Source: Sinorhizobium meliloti
Lineage (GTDB): Bacteria; Pseudomonadota; Alphaproteobacteria; Rhizobiales; Rhizobiaceae
Length of the DNA stretch: 32,000 nucleotides
Assembly: GCF_017876815.1 (NCBI RefSeq)
Contig: NZ_JAGIOS010000003.1
Location: 300,001-332,000 of the forward strand
Direction of reading: 5' to 3'
The notes beneath the pieces were generated by a model. That model was not told the origin of the DNA, made no database searches, and was given only the letters and a program-made list of their open reading frames with translations. Shown here piece by piece: positions 17,530 through 26,473 of the stretch (positions are counted from its first letter, which is position 1; each line of letters begins with the position of its first letter). Position numbers and translations under genes: made by a program.

Positions 17530-18074
17530 CCGGGGAGCGGCCCGTCCATCTCACGGCGATCATTGGGAGCTTCGGGGGAGCGGTCGAGAATCTCGGCGCT
17601 GCGCATGGTATTTACGCTTTTGCCGTCCCACCGGAGCAGATCGTCGAGTTCTGTCGGTTCCTGAAAGAACACCCGGCGCTTGAGTTCGATTTCCTCTCGG
17701 ACATATGCGGCGTCGATCACTATCCCGAGACGCCGCGCTTCGAGACGGTTTACCATCTCTATTCGCTGAAGAACAAATGGCGTGTTCGCATCAAGTGCCG
17801 CCTCGGCGAGCCGCCGCATGTTCCCACTGTCACGGGAGTCTGGCGAACCGCCAACTGGCATGAGCGCGAGGCCTGGGATATGTACGGCATCCGCTTCGAG
17901 GGGCATCCCGATCTGCGCCGCATCTACATGTGGGAAGGCTTCGAGGGCTTTCCGCAACGGAAGGATTTCCCCTTGAGGGGCTACAAGGACAAGCTGAACC
18001 CCTTCGGTGCCGAGGGGCCGCCGCCGACGCAGCCGGACCTCGCCACTAACGATATACCCCAAGGAGGCCGCTAG
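17526..18074 (+). CDS. nuoC: NADH-quinone oxidoreductase subunit C (not fused to D).
   Basis: It shows NuoC signatures: [48 protein letters not shown] and [12 protein letters not shown]. Its ATG overlaps the nuoB stop (ATGA). Confidence 0.92.
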   Translation: MTGERPVHLTAIIGSFGGAVENLGAAHGIYAFAVPPEQIVEFCRFLKEHPALEFDFLSDICGVDHYPETPRFETVYHLYSLKNKWRVRIKCRLGEPPHVPTVTGVWRTANWHEREAWDMYGIRFEGHPDLRRIYMWEGFEGFPQRKDFPLRGYKDKLNPFGAEGPPPTQPDLATNDIPQGGR

Positions 18075-18090
18075 ACGCCGGAGAGTTGAG

Positions 18091-19305
18091 ATGACCGAAG
18101 TCACCGAGCTCATGAGGCCGGAAGGCGAAGCGCTCAATACCAAGGAGGTGCTTCTCAATCTCGGTCCGCAGCACCCGAGCACCCACGGGGTTCTGCGGCT
18201 CGTGCTCCAACTCGACGGCGAATATGTCGAGCGCGTCGACCCGCATATCGGCTATCTCCACCGTGGCACAGAAAAGCTCGCGGAGAGCTTCACCTATACG
18301 CAGATCTTCCCGCTGACCGACCGACTCGACTATCTCTGTCCGCCTTCGAACAATCTGGCCTTCGCGCTCGCCGTGGAGAAGCTGCTCGGCATAGAAGCCC
18401 CGATCCGGGCGCAATATATCCGCGTCATGATGGCCGAACTCGCACGGATTTCCGGCCATCTCCTGATCACCGGCGCGCTGCCTATGGACCTGGGCGCCAT
18501 GACGGCGCTGCTTTACGCCATGCGCGAGCGCGAAATGATCATGGACCTCCTGGAAATGATCACCGGTGCGCGCATGCACACGTCCTACTGCCGCGTCGGC
18601 GGGGTGCGCGAGGACCTGCCCGATGGGTTCCTTCCGAAGATCCGGGAGTTCTGCGAGATATTCCCGAACCGGATCCGTGACTATGAGCGCCTGATAGAGA
18701 ACAATCGGGTGTTTCTCAGCCGTACGCAAGGGGTCGGCGTGATCTCCGCAACGGACGCGATCGACCTCGGCCTGAGCGGGCCGAACCTGCGTGCCTCCGG
18801 CGTCGACTGGGACATCCGGCGCGACGAACCCTATGAAATCTACGACCGGCTCGACTTCGACGTCATCACGCGCGAGGAGGGCGATTGCTATTCGCGCTGG
18901 CTTTGCCGGGTCGACGAGATGCGCGAGAGCATCCGCCTTATCGAACAATGCATGGAGCAGATGCCGGAGGGGCCGTTTCAGGTCGATATTCCGACGATCG
19001 CCTTCCCCGTCGATAAAGAGCGCGTGCATTGCTCGATGGAGGCCCTGATCCAGCATTTCGATCTCTCCGCCTATGGCTTCGACGTACCCGCGGGTGAGGT
19101 CTATTCGGTAATCGAGGCGCCCAAGGGGGAACTCGGCTTCTACATCATCAGCGACGGATCGCCGAAGCCGTTCCGCATGAAGGTGAGGGCGCCTTCCTTC
19201 GTCAATCTCCAGGCGCTCTTCGGCGTCACCAATGCACGCTACCTCGCCGACATGATCGCGGTGCTCGGCAGCCTCGACCCGGTGATGGCGGAGGTGGACA
19301 AGTAG
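18091..19305 (+). CDS. nuoD: NADH-quinone oxidoreductase subunit D.
   Basis: It carries LNLGPQHPSTHGVLRLVLQLDGE, HIGYLHRGTEKL and a C-terminus GSLDPVMAEVDK. GGAGAG lies 6 nt upstream of the ATG at 18091. Confidence 0.96.
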   Translation: MTEVTELMRPEGEALNTKEVLLNLGPQHPSTHGVLRLVLQLDGEYVERVDPHIGYLHRGTEKLAESFTYTQIFPLTDRLDYLCPPSNNLAFALAVEKLLGIEAPIRAQYIRVMMAELARISGHLLITGALPMDLGAMTALLYAMREREMIMDLLEMITGARMHTSYCRVGGVREDLPDGFLPKIREFCEIFPNRIRDYERLIENNRVFLSRTQGVGVISATDAIDLGLSGPNLRASGVDWDIRRDEPYEIYDRLDFDVITREEGDCYSRWLCRVDEMRESIRLIEQCMEQMPEGPFQVDIPTIAFPVDKERVHCSMEALIQHFDLSAYGFDVPAGEVYSVIEAPKGELGFYIISDGSPKPFRMKVRAPSFVNLQALFGVTNARYLADMIAVLGSLDPVMAEVDK

Positions 19306-19323
19306 CAGGGAGGATCGGACGCG

Positions 19324-19830
19324 ATGACGATGCGCGAAGAGATCGAGGCGGCGGCGGCACGATACCCCGACCGGCGGTCGGCGATCATGCCCGCGCTCAT
19401 GATCGCGCAGAAGGAGCATGGTCATCTGCCCGGCCCGGTTCTCGAAGAGGTCGCCCAAATCCTCGGCGTCGAGCGCGTTTGGGTCTATGAACTGGCGACC
19501 TTCTACACGCTCTTCCATACCGAACCGATCGGCAGGTTCCACCTGCAACTCTGCGACAACGTCTCCTGCATGCTGTGCGGATCCGAGGCGCTGCTGACGC
19601 ATCTGGAAACGACACTGGGGATCAGGAAGGGCGAGACCACGCCGGACGGTGCGTTCACGCTTTCGACCGTCGAATGTCTCGGGGCCTGCGAAATGGCTCC
19701 GGTTATGCAGGTCGGCGACGATTACCACGGCAACCTTGATGCCGCGCGGCTCGATGCGCTGCTGGAGAGCTTCCGCGCGGCGGAGCGGGTGACGAGCGTC
19801 GAGCGCGCTGCTGCGGCGCCAGGAGAGTAA
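19324..19830 (+). CDS. nuoE: NADH-quinone oxidoreductase subunit E (2Fe-2S, N1a).
   Basis: The thioredoxin-like 2Fe-2S motifs are LQLCDNVSCMLCG and VECLGACEMAPVMQV. Confidence 0.95.
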   Translation: MTMREEIEAAAARYPDRRSAIMPALMIAQKEHGHLPGPVLEEVAQILGVERVWVYELATFYTLFHTEPIGRFHLQLCDNVSCMLCGSEALLTHLETTLGIRKGETTPDGAFTLSTVECLGACEMAPVMQVGDDYHGNLDAARLDALLESFRAAERVTSVERAAAAPGE

Positions 19831-19833
19831 GCC

Positions 19834-21099
19834 ATGTTCGAGCCTGTCCTGCTCAGGAATGTCGATGTGCCGGACGGTCATCTGCTGTCGACGTACGAGG
19901 CCGGCGGCGGCTACCGGGCGCTCAGGAAGGCGCTCGGCGAATATACGCCCGACGAGATCGTCGAGCTCGTCAAGGAGTCCAACCTGCGCGGCCGCGGGGG
20001 TGCCGGGTTCCCCACGGGCATGAAGTGGAGCTTCGTGCCGAAAGCGGCCGGCAAGCCGAAATACCTCTGCTGCAATGCCGATGAAGGGGAACCCGGCACC
20101 TTCAAGGACCGCATCATCATGGAGCGTGACCCGCATCAGCTCATCGAGGGGCTGGCGGTCAGCGCCTATGCAATCGGAGCCGAGACGGCTTACGTCTACA
20201 TTCGCGGAGAATATGTGACGGCTATACGCCGCATGGAACAGGCGATCGCCGAGGCACATGAAAACGGCTATCTGGGCATCGGCATTCTTGGCTCGGACTT
20301 CAATTTCATGGTCCACATCCATCGCGGTGCCGGCGCCTATATCTGCGGCGAGGAGACCGCAATGCTCGAGTCACTCGAGGGCAAGCGGGCGCAGCCGCGA
20401 CTGAAGCCGCCGTTTCCGGCCGTGGCCGGGCTCTATGCCAGCCCCACTGTCATCAACAATGTCGAGACGCTTGCCTGCGTGCCGCATATCGTGACGCGCG
20501 GATCGGCATGGTTCCGCGGCATAGGGCCGGACAGGAGCCCCGGCCCGAAACTCTACTGCCTCAGCGGTCAGGTTCGCAAACCCGGCCTCTATGAGCTGCC
20601 GATGGGCATATCGCTGCGGGAGCTCGTCGAGGAGCACGCCGGCGGACCCCTGCCGGGGCGAAAGGTCAAGGCGGTGATTCCCGGTGGGGTATCGGCGCCG
20701 GTTATCCCGGAGGGCGAGCTCGAGGTGAGCATGGATTTCGACTCGCTCACTGCCGCCGGTTCGATGCTCGGCTCGGCAGGCGTGGTCGTGATCGACGACT
20801 CGACCTGCATGGTCAAGCTCGCCACGCGGATCATCGAGTTCTTCCACCATGAGTCCTGCGGCAAGTGCACGCCATGCCGGGAAGGATTGGACTGGACCGT
20901 GAAAGTCCTGCGGCGCATTGAGGCAGGCGAGGGTGAAACCGGCGATCTGGAGCAGTTGGAGATGCTCTGCAAGGGCATTTTCGGCAACACGTTTTGCGCC
21001 CTGGGCGACGGTGCGGCCATGGGATTGCGGGCCGCGCTCAAGCATTTCCGCGCGGAGTTCGTCGCCCACATCGAAGAGCGGAGGTGCCCTTTCCACTGA
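19834..21099 (+). CDS. nuoF: NADH-quinone oxidoreductase subunit F (FMN/NADH site, N3).
   Basis: It has GRGGAGFPTGMKWSF, CNADEGEPGTFKDR and ESCGKCTPCREG. Confidence 0.97.
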   Translation: MFEPVLLRNVDVPDGHLLSTYEAGGGYRALRKALGEYTPDEIVELVKESNLRGRGGAGFPTGMKWSFVPKAAGKPKYLCCNADEGEPGTFKDRIIMERDPHQLIEGLAVSAYAIGAETAYVYIRGEYVTAIRRMEQAIAEAHENGYLGIGILGSDFNFMVHIHRGAGAYICGEETAMLESLEGKRAQPRLKPPFPAVAGLYASPTVINNVETLACVPHIVTRGSAWFRGIGPDRSPGPKLYCLSGQVRKPGLYELPMGISLRELVEEHAGGPLPGRKVKAVIPGGVSAPVIPEGELEVSMDFDSLTAAGSMLGSAGVVVIDDSTCMVKLATRIIEFFHHESCGKCTPCREGLDWTVKVLRRIEAGEGETGDLEQLEMLCKGIFGNTFCALGDGAAMGLRAALKHFRAEFVAHIEERRCPFH

Positions 21100-21128
21100 A
21101 AGGGAACCGGGCCGGTCTGGGAGGAAGT

Positions 21129-23690
21129 ATGGTCAAGGTTACGATCGACGAACAATCGCTGGAGGTCGAGGCTGGCTCCACGGTGCTCGCCGCCGCCGAG
21201 CGGCTGGGCATTGAGATCCCCACCTTCTGCTATTGGAAGCGGCTGCCGCCACTCGCCTCGTGCCGCATGTGTCTGGTGGAGATCGAGGGACTGCGGCGGC
21301 TGCAGCCGGCTTGCGCCACTGTGGCAGCGGACGGCATGGTAGTTCGGACAAATACGCCGCTAATTGAGGAAACGCGCTCGTCCATGCTCGACATGCTGCT
21401 CGCCAATCACCCGCTCGATTGCCCGATCTGCGACAAGGGCGGCGAGTGCGAGCTTCAGGACATGGTCATGGCGTATGGACCCGGCGAAAGCCGGTTCCGC
21501 GACCCAAAACGTGTGTTTCATTCGAAGGACATCCGTCTGAGCCCGGTCATCATCATGAATGTCAACCGGTGCATCCAGTGCCAGCGCTGCGTGCGCATGT
21601 GCGAGGAGGTCGTGGGCGCGGTGGCGCTGGGCACGGTCGAAAAGGGGATGGACACGGCCGTCACCGGTTTCGAGGGGAGTCTCGCAAGCTGCGACCAGTG
21701 CGGCAATTGCGTCGAGGTCTGCCCCGTCGGCGCGCTGATGAGTTTCCCCTATCGCTACAAGGCACGGCCCTGGGATCTCGCCGAGACCGACACGATCTGC
21801 CCGCATTGCGGCACCGGCTGCCAGCTCACCGTCGGAGCGCGCAAAGGTGAGTTCATGCGGGTCCGCTCGGACTGGGAACATGGCGTCAACCGCGAAACGC
21901 TTTGCGTGCGCGGCCGCTTCGGCCTCGACTTCATCGAGAGCCGGAATCGGATCAAGCGGCCGATGATCCGCCGCGATGGGGCGCTCACGCCGGTGTCATG
22001 GGAGGAGGCGGGCGATTTTCTCCGCCAGCGCCTCGGGGTAGCGGAGGGCAAGGCCGCCGGCGGGCTCATCTCGCCGCGTCTGCCGAACGAGGTGCTCTAC
22101 CAGTTCCAGAAGCTGATGCGGACGGTGTTGCGCACCAATAATGTCGACTGCTCGTCGCGCTGGTCCGCGCCCCTCGACATTCTGGTCCCCATAGTGGCAA
22201 GCTTTTGCAGCCGCGACCCTCTCGAACAGGTGATCGGCAAGGACTGCGTCCTTATCATCGGCGGCAATGTGACCGAGGAGAACCCGGTCACCGAATACCT
22301 CCTGCGCGATGCCGCGCGGCGGCGGCATACCCGCTTGCTCATGCTTTCGGCGCGGCCATCGCGCCTCGATGCCGATGCCCGGGCGGTCCTTCGCGCCCAT
22401 CCAGGCGGCGAGGGTCAGAGCCTTGCCGCGGTCGTGGCTGCTCTCGTGGCCGTAACCGATGAGGGCTTGCCAGACGATATCCTTGCGAAGACCAGCGGGA
22501 CGATCGCCAGTTCCGGCGCCAATGACGCGTTGGACCGTCTGGTCTCAACGCTCAAGGAAGGTCGGAGCGTCACTCTCCTGGTAAGCGTCGATCTGCTGAG
22601 ATCACCGCTGGCGCGGAAGACGCTCGAGCAGCTCGGCAATCTCCTGCAACTCCTGCGCCTGCTCGGCAAGGAACCCTCGCTGCAGTTCCTCTTCGATCGT
22701 GCCAATCAGATGGGCGCCTGGGACATGGGTGTTCTGCCGGGAGTTTTGCCGGGACTGGGCCCCATCGCCGATGAGGCAACACGCACGAAGTTCGAACGGA
22801 GCTGGGGCGCAGAGATCCCTCGCGAACCGGGCGCCGATGTCGACGCGATGCTGGAACTCTGCGAAAAGGGGGGGATGGGCGTGCTCTATGTGGTCGGAAG
22901 CGACCCGCTGATATCCTATCCCGACCGGGAGTTCGTGGAGCGCGCACTCGGTGCCGCCAATCTTCTGATCGTGCAGGACGCGTTTCTCACCGATACGGCC
23001 GGACTGGCCGACGTCGTGCTGCCTGCGGCCGGTTACGGCGAAGAATCCGGCACGTTCACCAACAATGAAGGTCGTACCCAGGCGCTCCGCAAATTCCGCG
23101 AACCGGCTTTTGACGCCAGGAGCAATCTGGCGATCTTCGGCTTTATCGCGGCGCTTCGGGAGCAGCCGCTGCAGCCATCGACCGAGACCGTCATCTTCGA
23201 GGAGATGACCCGGTTGGTTCCCGCCTATGAAGGCTTGACGTGGGAAGGGCTTGGTGCCGACGGTGCCTTCACCACGTCAGCCCCGAAGCCTTGGACAAGC
23301 GGGTTCTTCGCTCCTCTGTCTGCACCTGGGGTGACGGACGTGCTCCAGCTGATCACCGGCAACTGCCTGTTCCACAATGGCTATGTTTCCGAGCGCTCGG
23401 AAACCCTGAATTCGGTCGCAGATGACCCTTTTATCGAGATGAGCGCTCAGGATGCCGCTGGTCTCAGCCTTTCGGACGGCGATCAGGTGCTCGTGCGATC
23501 TGCCCGGGGCGAGCTGACGGCGAAGCTCAAGGTCAACAGGCGCTTTCCGCACGGGCTCGTGTTCGTTCCCGAAAACTACCGCGCCCTGCGGCTCAACAGT
23601 CTGATGCGGCGGGGCGAGTATCCATGTCCGGTGGAGATCCGAGAGTGCGCGAAGCGCGCTGCGTCTGCTCTGGATGAAGAACGGGTCTGA
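21129..23690 (+). CDS. nuoG: NADH-quinone oxidoreductase subunit G (853 aa, long form with a molybdopterin-oxidoreductase-like domain).
   Basis: N1b ligands: CYWKRLPPLASCRMCLVEI...CATV. N5: HPLDCPICDKGGECELQD. N4: CIQCQRCVRMC...CDQCGNCVEVCP. N7-like: CPHCGTGCQL...CVRGRF. The ATG at 21129 follows GGGAGGAAGT. The track ORF begins upstream in frame at 20994, inside nuoF. Confidence 0.95.
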   Translation: MVKVTIDEQSLEVEAGSTVLAAAERLGIEIPTFCYWKRLPPLASCRMCLVEIEGLRRLQPACATVAADGMVVRTNTPLIEETRSSMLDMLLANHPLDCPICDKGGECELQDMVMAYGPGESRFRDPKRVFHSKDIRLSPVIIMNVNRCIQCQRCVRMCEEVVGAVALGTVEKGMDTAVTGFEGSLASCDQCGNCVEVCPVGALMSFPYRYKARPWDLAETDTICPHCGTGCQLTVGARKGEFMRVRSDWEHGVNRETLCVRGRFGLDFIESRNRIKRPMIRRDGALTPVSWEEAGDFLRQRLGVAEGKAAGGLISPRLPNEVLYQFQKLMRTVLRTNNVDCSSRWSAPLDILVPIVASFCSRDPLEQVIGKDCVLIIGGNVTEENPVTEYLLRDAARRRHTRLLMLSARPSRLDADARAVLRAHPGGEGQSLAAVVAALVAVTDEGLPDDILAKTSGTIASSGANDALDRLVSTLKEGRSVTLLVSVDLLRSPLARKTLEQLGNLLQLLRLLGKEPSLQFLFDRANQMGAWDMGVLPGVLPGLGPIADEATRTKFERSWGAEIPREPGADVDAMLELCEKGGMGVLYVVGSDPLISYPDREFVERALGAANLLIVQDAFLTDTAGLADVVLPAAGYGEESGTFTNNEGRTQALRKFREPAFDARSNLAIFGFIAALREQPLQPSTETVIFEEMTRLVPAYEGLTWEGLGADGAFTTSAPKPWTSGFFAPLSAPGVTDVLQLITGNCLFHNGYVSERSETLNSVADDPFIEMSAQDAAGLSLSDGDQVLVRSARGELTAKLKVNRRFPHGLVFVPENYRALRLNSLMRRGEYPCPVEIRECAKRAASALDEERV

Positions 23691-23776
23691 TTGCATCCGG
23701 ATCCGGGCAGAGGGGGTATATGCTGCAGCCTTGCTGTTGATCTCGACTCCCAGGCAATCTGCGGCAGGCGACTTCG

Positions 23777-24217
23777 TCAGCGATAGTTTGCTCCGCAAAT
23801 GTAATCGTGCATGTCCCGCTCCGCTTGCAATGCCTCTTCGAGCCGGTGTTTGACCACGTCGCCGATGCTGACCACGCCGACGGCATCGTTGCCGTCCATG
23901 ACTAATACATGGCGCGTGCGCCGCTCGGTCATGATCGACATCACGAATGGGAGGAAATCCTCCGTCGAGCAGGTCGCGACAGTGCGGTTCATGATTTCTC
24001 CCACCCGCATCAGGGGTGCTTCGGTGCCGTACTCGGCCACGGCATGGCAGCAGTCCCGCTCCGAGAGTGTGCCCAGGCATTCCCCTGGCGAACGGCCGAC
24101 GACGACGAAGCCGATATTCTTGTCGCGAAACAGCCGCAATACTTCCACCATCGTGTGGTCCGGCGTGACCGAGAAGATTTCGGGAGACTTGCTCCCCAGG
24201 ATTTGGCAGATGTGCAT
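23777..24217 (-). CDS. Stand-alone CBS-pair domain protein (146 aa), downstream of nuoI in the same operon.
   Basis: Two CBS motifs are present: LGTLSERDCCHAVAEYG and VGVVSIGDVVKHRLEEALQAERDMHDYI. The ATG at 24217 is preceded by GGAGG with a 5-nt spacer. The track ORF extends to 24325, inside nuoI. Confidence 0.88.
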   Translation of the reverse strand: MHICQILGSKSPEIFSVTPDHTMVEVLRLFRDKNIGFVVVGRSPGECLGTLSERDCCHAVAEYGTEAPLMRVGEIMNRTVATCSTEDFLPFVMSIMTERRTRHVLVMDGNDAVGVVSIGDVVKHRLEEALQAERDMHDYICGANYR

Positions 24218-24260
24218 CTGAACCTCCAGTCCCTGCTTCGGCGCAACGCCCGGCGCGCCT

Positions 24261-24827
24261 TCACTTTCGTCGAATATTCCGCCACCAATTGTACCCGCGC
24301 GGCTCGCTGGCCTCGACCAGAACATCCCGTTCGGTGTTCAGGCGCGCAGCCACGACACCGCCGCCGGTCATCGCCTTGCCCGGCTTGGCGAGCAGATCGT
24401 CACGGCCGATCACCAAGTCGCGCGAGGAGAAACTCGAAAATTCATATTGTTGGCCAAGAGCGATCGCGTCCGCCGGGCAGGCGTCCTCGCAGAGCCCACA
24501 GAAGAGACAGCGGGCCGTGTCGATTTCGAATTTGGCAGGGCGCCGATTGCCCTTCTCGTCCTCGTAGGGGACCACTTCGATGCAGTCGCAGGGACAGATC
24601 CGCGCGCAAAGTTCGCAAGCGACGCATTTGATCTCGCCCTCGTCGTCACGCTTGAGGAAATGATGCCCGCGATAGCGCGAATAGGGCAGCCACTTCTCCT
24701 TGTCCGGATATTGCATGGTGACGGGTCTGGAAAACATGTAGCCGAAGGTCAAAGCCAAACCATTCGCCAGATCGGCGAAGAAGGCCCAGCCGATCCATCT
24801 TCCAGCTTTGTCCAGTGCGCGCGACAT
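24261..24827 (-). CDS. nuoI: NADH-quinone oxidoreductase subunit I (2x 4Fe-4S ferredoxin).
   Basis: It carries CVACELCARICPCDCIEV and CLFCGLCEDACPADAI, plus YRGHHFLKRDDEGEIKC. The ATG at 24827 (MSRALDKAGRW...) has GAGG 5 nt upstream and gives a canonical N-terminal length. An alternative ATG at 24893 lies 3 nt after the nuoH stop. Confidence 0.93.
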   Translation of the reverse strand: MSRALDKAGRWIGWAFFADLANGLALTFGYMFSRPVTMQYPDKEKWLPYSRYRGHHFLKRDDEGEIKCVACELCARICPCDCIEVVPYEDEKGNRRPAKFEIDTARCLFCGLCEDACPADAIALGQQYEFSSFSSRDLVIGRDDLLAKPGKAMTGGGVVAARLNTERDVLVEASEPRGYNWWRNIRRK

Positions 24828-24896
24828 GGCCGCCTCGCTGCGGCTCCTGAGAGTCGTCTTGCATGTCCGTGCCCAGAGCTTCCGGGACGGCATGCA

Positions 24897-25883
24897 TCAA
24901 GAAAATACAACACCGCTGATGATTATGTTCGCCAAAGACAGGGGAAGCAAGACCTTCCATCCGATCGCCATCAGTTGGTCGTAGCGGTAACGGGGGAAGG
25001 TGAAGCGGAACCACATGAACAAATAGACGAAGAAGGCAACCTTCAGCAAAAACCAGAGGAGCGGCGGCAGCGGGATGAGCACGCCGTTCCACCCGCCGAA
25101 GAACAGGATCACGGTGAGGACCGACACCAGCACCATCACGACATATTCGCTGACCATGAACAAGGCGAAGCGAATGCCGCTATATTCGGTGTGGAACCCG
25201 GCTCCCAGATCGCCTTCGGCTTCCGCAAGGTCGAAAGGAATTCGCTGCGCTTCTGCAAGGCCCGCGACGAAGAACACGAAACATCCGATCGGCTGATAAA
25301 CGACATTCCAGACGTCGGTTTGCGCCCGCACGATATCCAGCAGGCTCATGGATTGCGCCAGCATGACGACACCGATGACCGCGAACCCCATCGGGATTTC
25401 GTAGCTGATCATTTGCGCGCAGGTCCGCAGAGAACCAAGGACCGCATATTTGCTGTTTGCCGCCCAGCCGCCGAAGATGACGCCATAGACCTCCAGCCCG
25501 ATCACCGCGAAGACGAAAAGCAGCGCTACGTTCAGGTTGGAAATGTAGAGCGTGATCTCGTTGCCGAGGACCGAAACGCTTTCGCCGAACGGGATTGCTG
25601 CAAACACCACGAAGGGCGGGGCAAGCGCCAGGATCGGTGCCAGTTTGAACAGGAAGCGGTCGGCTTCGGCCGGTATATGATCCTCCTTGGTCAGAAGCTT
25701 GATCCCGTCCGCCACCGGCTGCAGCAGTCCGTGCCAGCCCACGCGCATCGGTCCCATCCTCTGCTGCATGTGCCCGGCGATTTTGCGTTCCAACCACGTC
25801 AACGGCAGGGGCAGCAACAGGAGGATCGCGATCACCAAGGCGACCTTGAAGACGATCACGCCGAGGGCGACGATAAGTTCCAT
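24897..25883 (-). CDS. nuoH: NADH-quinone oxidoreductase subunit H.
   Basis: It shows NuoH signatures: LTWLERKIAGHMQQRMGPMRVGWHGLLQPVADGIKLLTKED, and FDLAEAEGDLGAGFHTEYSG in a conserved loop. Confidence 0.96.
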   Translation of the reverse strand: MELIVALGVIVFKVALVIAILLLLPLPLTWLERKIAGHMQQRMGPMRVGWHGLLQPVADGIKLLTKEDHIPAEADRFLFKLAPILALAPPFVVFAAIPFGESVSVLGNEITLYISNLNVALLFVFAVIGLEVYGVIFGGWAANSKYAVLGSLRTCAQMISYEIPMGFAVIGVVMLAQSMSLLDIVRAQTDVWNVVYQPIGCFVFFVAGLAEAQRIPFDLAEAEGDLGAGFHTEYSGIRFALFMVSEYVVMVLVSVLTVILFFGGWNGVLIPLPPLLWFLLKVAFFVYLFMWFRFTFPRYRYDQLMAIGWKVLLPLSLANIIISGVVFS

Positions 25884-26236
25884 GACTTTGCGTCCGTTGC
25901 CCGGCCCCGCGCATGTTGTCGGACGCGCAGAGCACGATGTGGCACTCTGGATCGCTGCATGACTTCATCCTTGGCTCGGCCAGCTTCTTAAGGCAACATG
26001 CAGCAGCGCGCGTTTTGCGCACCTTTCAGCCTCACGGTACAGCCGTCACGCTCCACTTGCAATGAGGGGGCAAGGAACCGGCGTCGACAGCATCTGCCGG
26101 CGGTATGCTGAACCCGATCCCCACATGGCGGAGGCGGCCTCGCGGGTGATCTGGTTTTCAGCAATCCGCGCGGCCGTTGCTTCCTTGTTCACGCCCCTTC
26201 TCCTACAATCACTTCCAGAGACAGAGGAGTCCTGCC

Positions 26237-26428
26237 ATGAGCGAAGATGCCTTCAATATGTCGATCCGCAAGTTCCTGAAAGAAGTTGGAGTCACGTCGC
26301 AGCGAGAGATCGAGGAGACGGTGCGCAAGGGGCAGATCGACGGCAACAAGTTGAAAGTCCGCATGACGCTGACGGCGGAAGGCACCGATCTCAATCACGT
26401 AGTGGCGGGTGAGATAGAGCTTCCATAA
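26237..26428 (+). CDS. Small conserved hypothetical protein (63 aa), DUF6494-like from my recollection of the family.
   Basis: The sequence is MSEDAFNMSIRKFLKEVGVTSQREIEETVRKGQIDGNKLKVRMTLTAEGTDLNHVVAGEIELP. AGAGGAG lies 7 nt upstream of the ATG at 26237. The track ORF begins further upstream at 26177. Confidence 0.6.
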   Translation: MSEDAFNMSIRKFLKEVGVTSQREIEETVRKGQIDGNKLKVRMTLTAEGTDLNHVVAGEIELP

Positions 26429-26473
26429 CCCGAGAGCGGAAGCTCCAGCATCACCGCCACCTTTCCTGGAACG

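Noticed and set aside
18046-20322. A 758-aa ORF on the minus strand spanning nuoD, nuoE and nuoF.
   Set aside because: It lies antisense to three genes with unmistakable family motifs. Its translation is Arg/Asp/His/Glu/Pro-rich with low complexity, typical of open antisense frames in high-GC DNA. It has no recognisable domain.
23697-23706. The perfect palindrome CCGGATCCGG just after the nuoG stop, considered as a bidirectional terminator for the convergent nuoG and CBS genes.
   Set aside because: The loop would be too small for a stable hairpin and there are no flanking T/A runs. I could not identify a convincing intrinsic terminator anywhere in 23691-23776.
25940-25960. A sigma-54-like TGGCAC element (TGGCACTCTGGATCGCTGCAT) in the nuoH/DUF6494 intergenic region.
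   Set aside because: The GG-to-GC spacing is one nucleotide too long for a -24/-12 promoter. The -12 TTGC is not present in the right register. The element lies about 290 nt from the nearest downstream start.
24447-25991. A 514-aa plus-strand ORF across nuoI and nuoH.
   Set aside because: It lies antisense to clear NuoI and NuoH coding sequence. Its composition (runs of R, D, E, H) is characteristic of a GC-driven spurious ORF.
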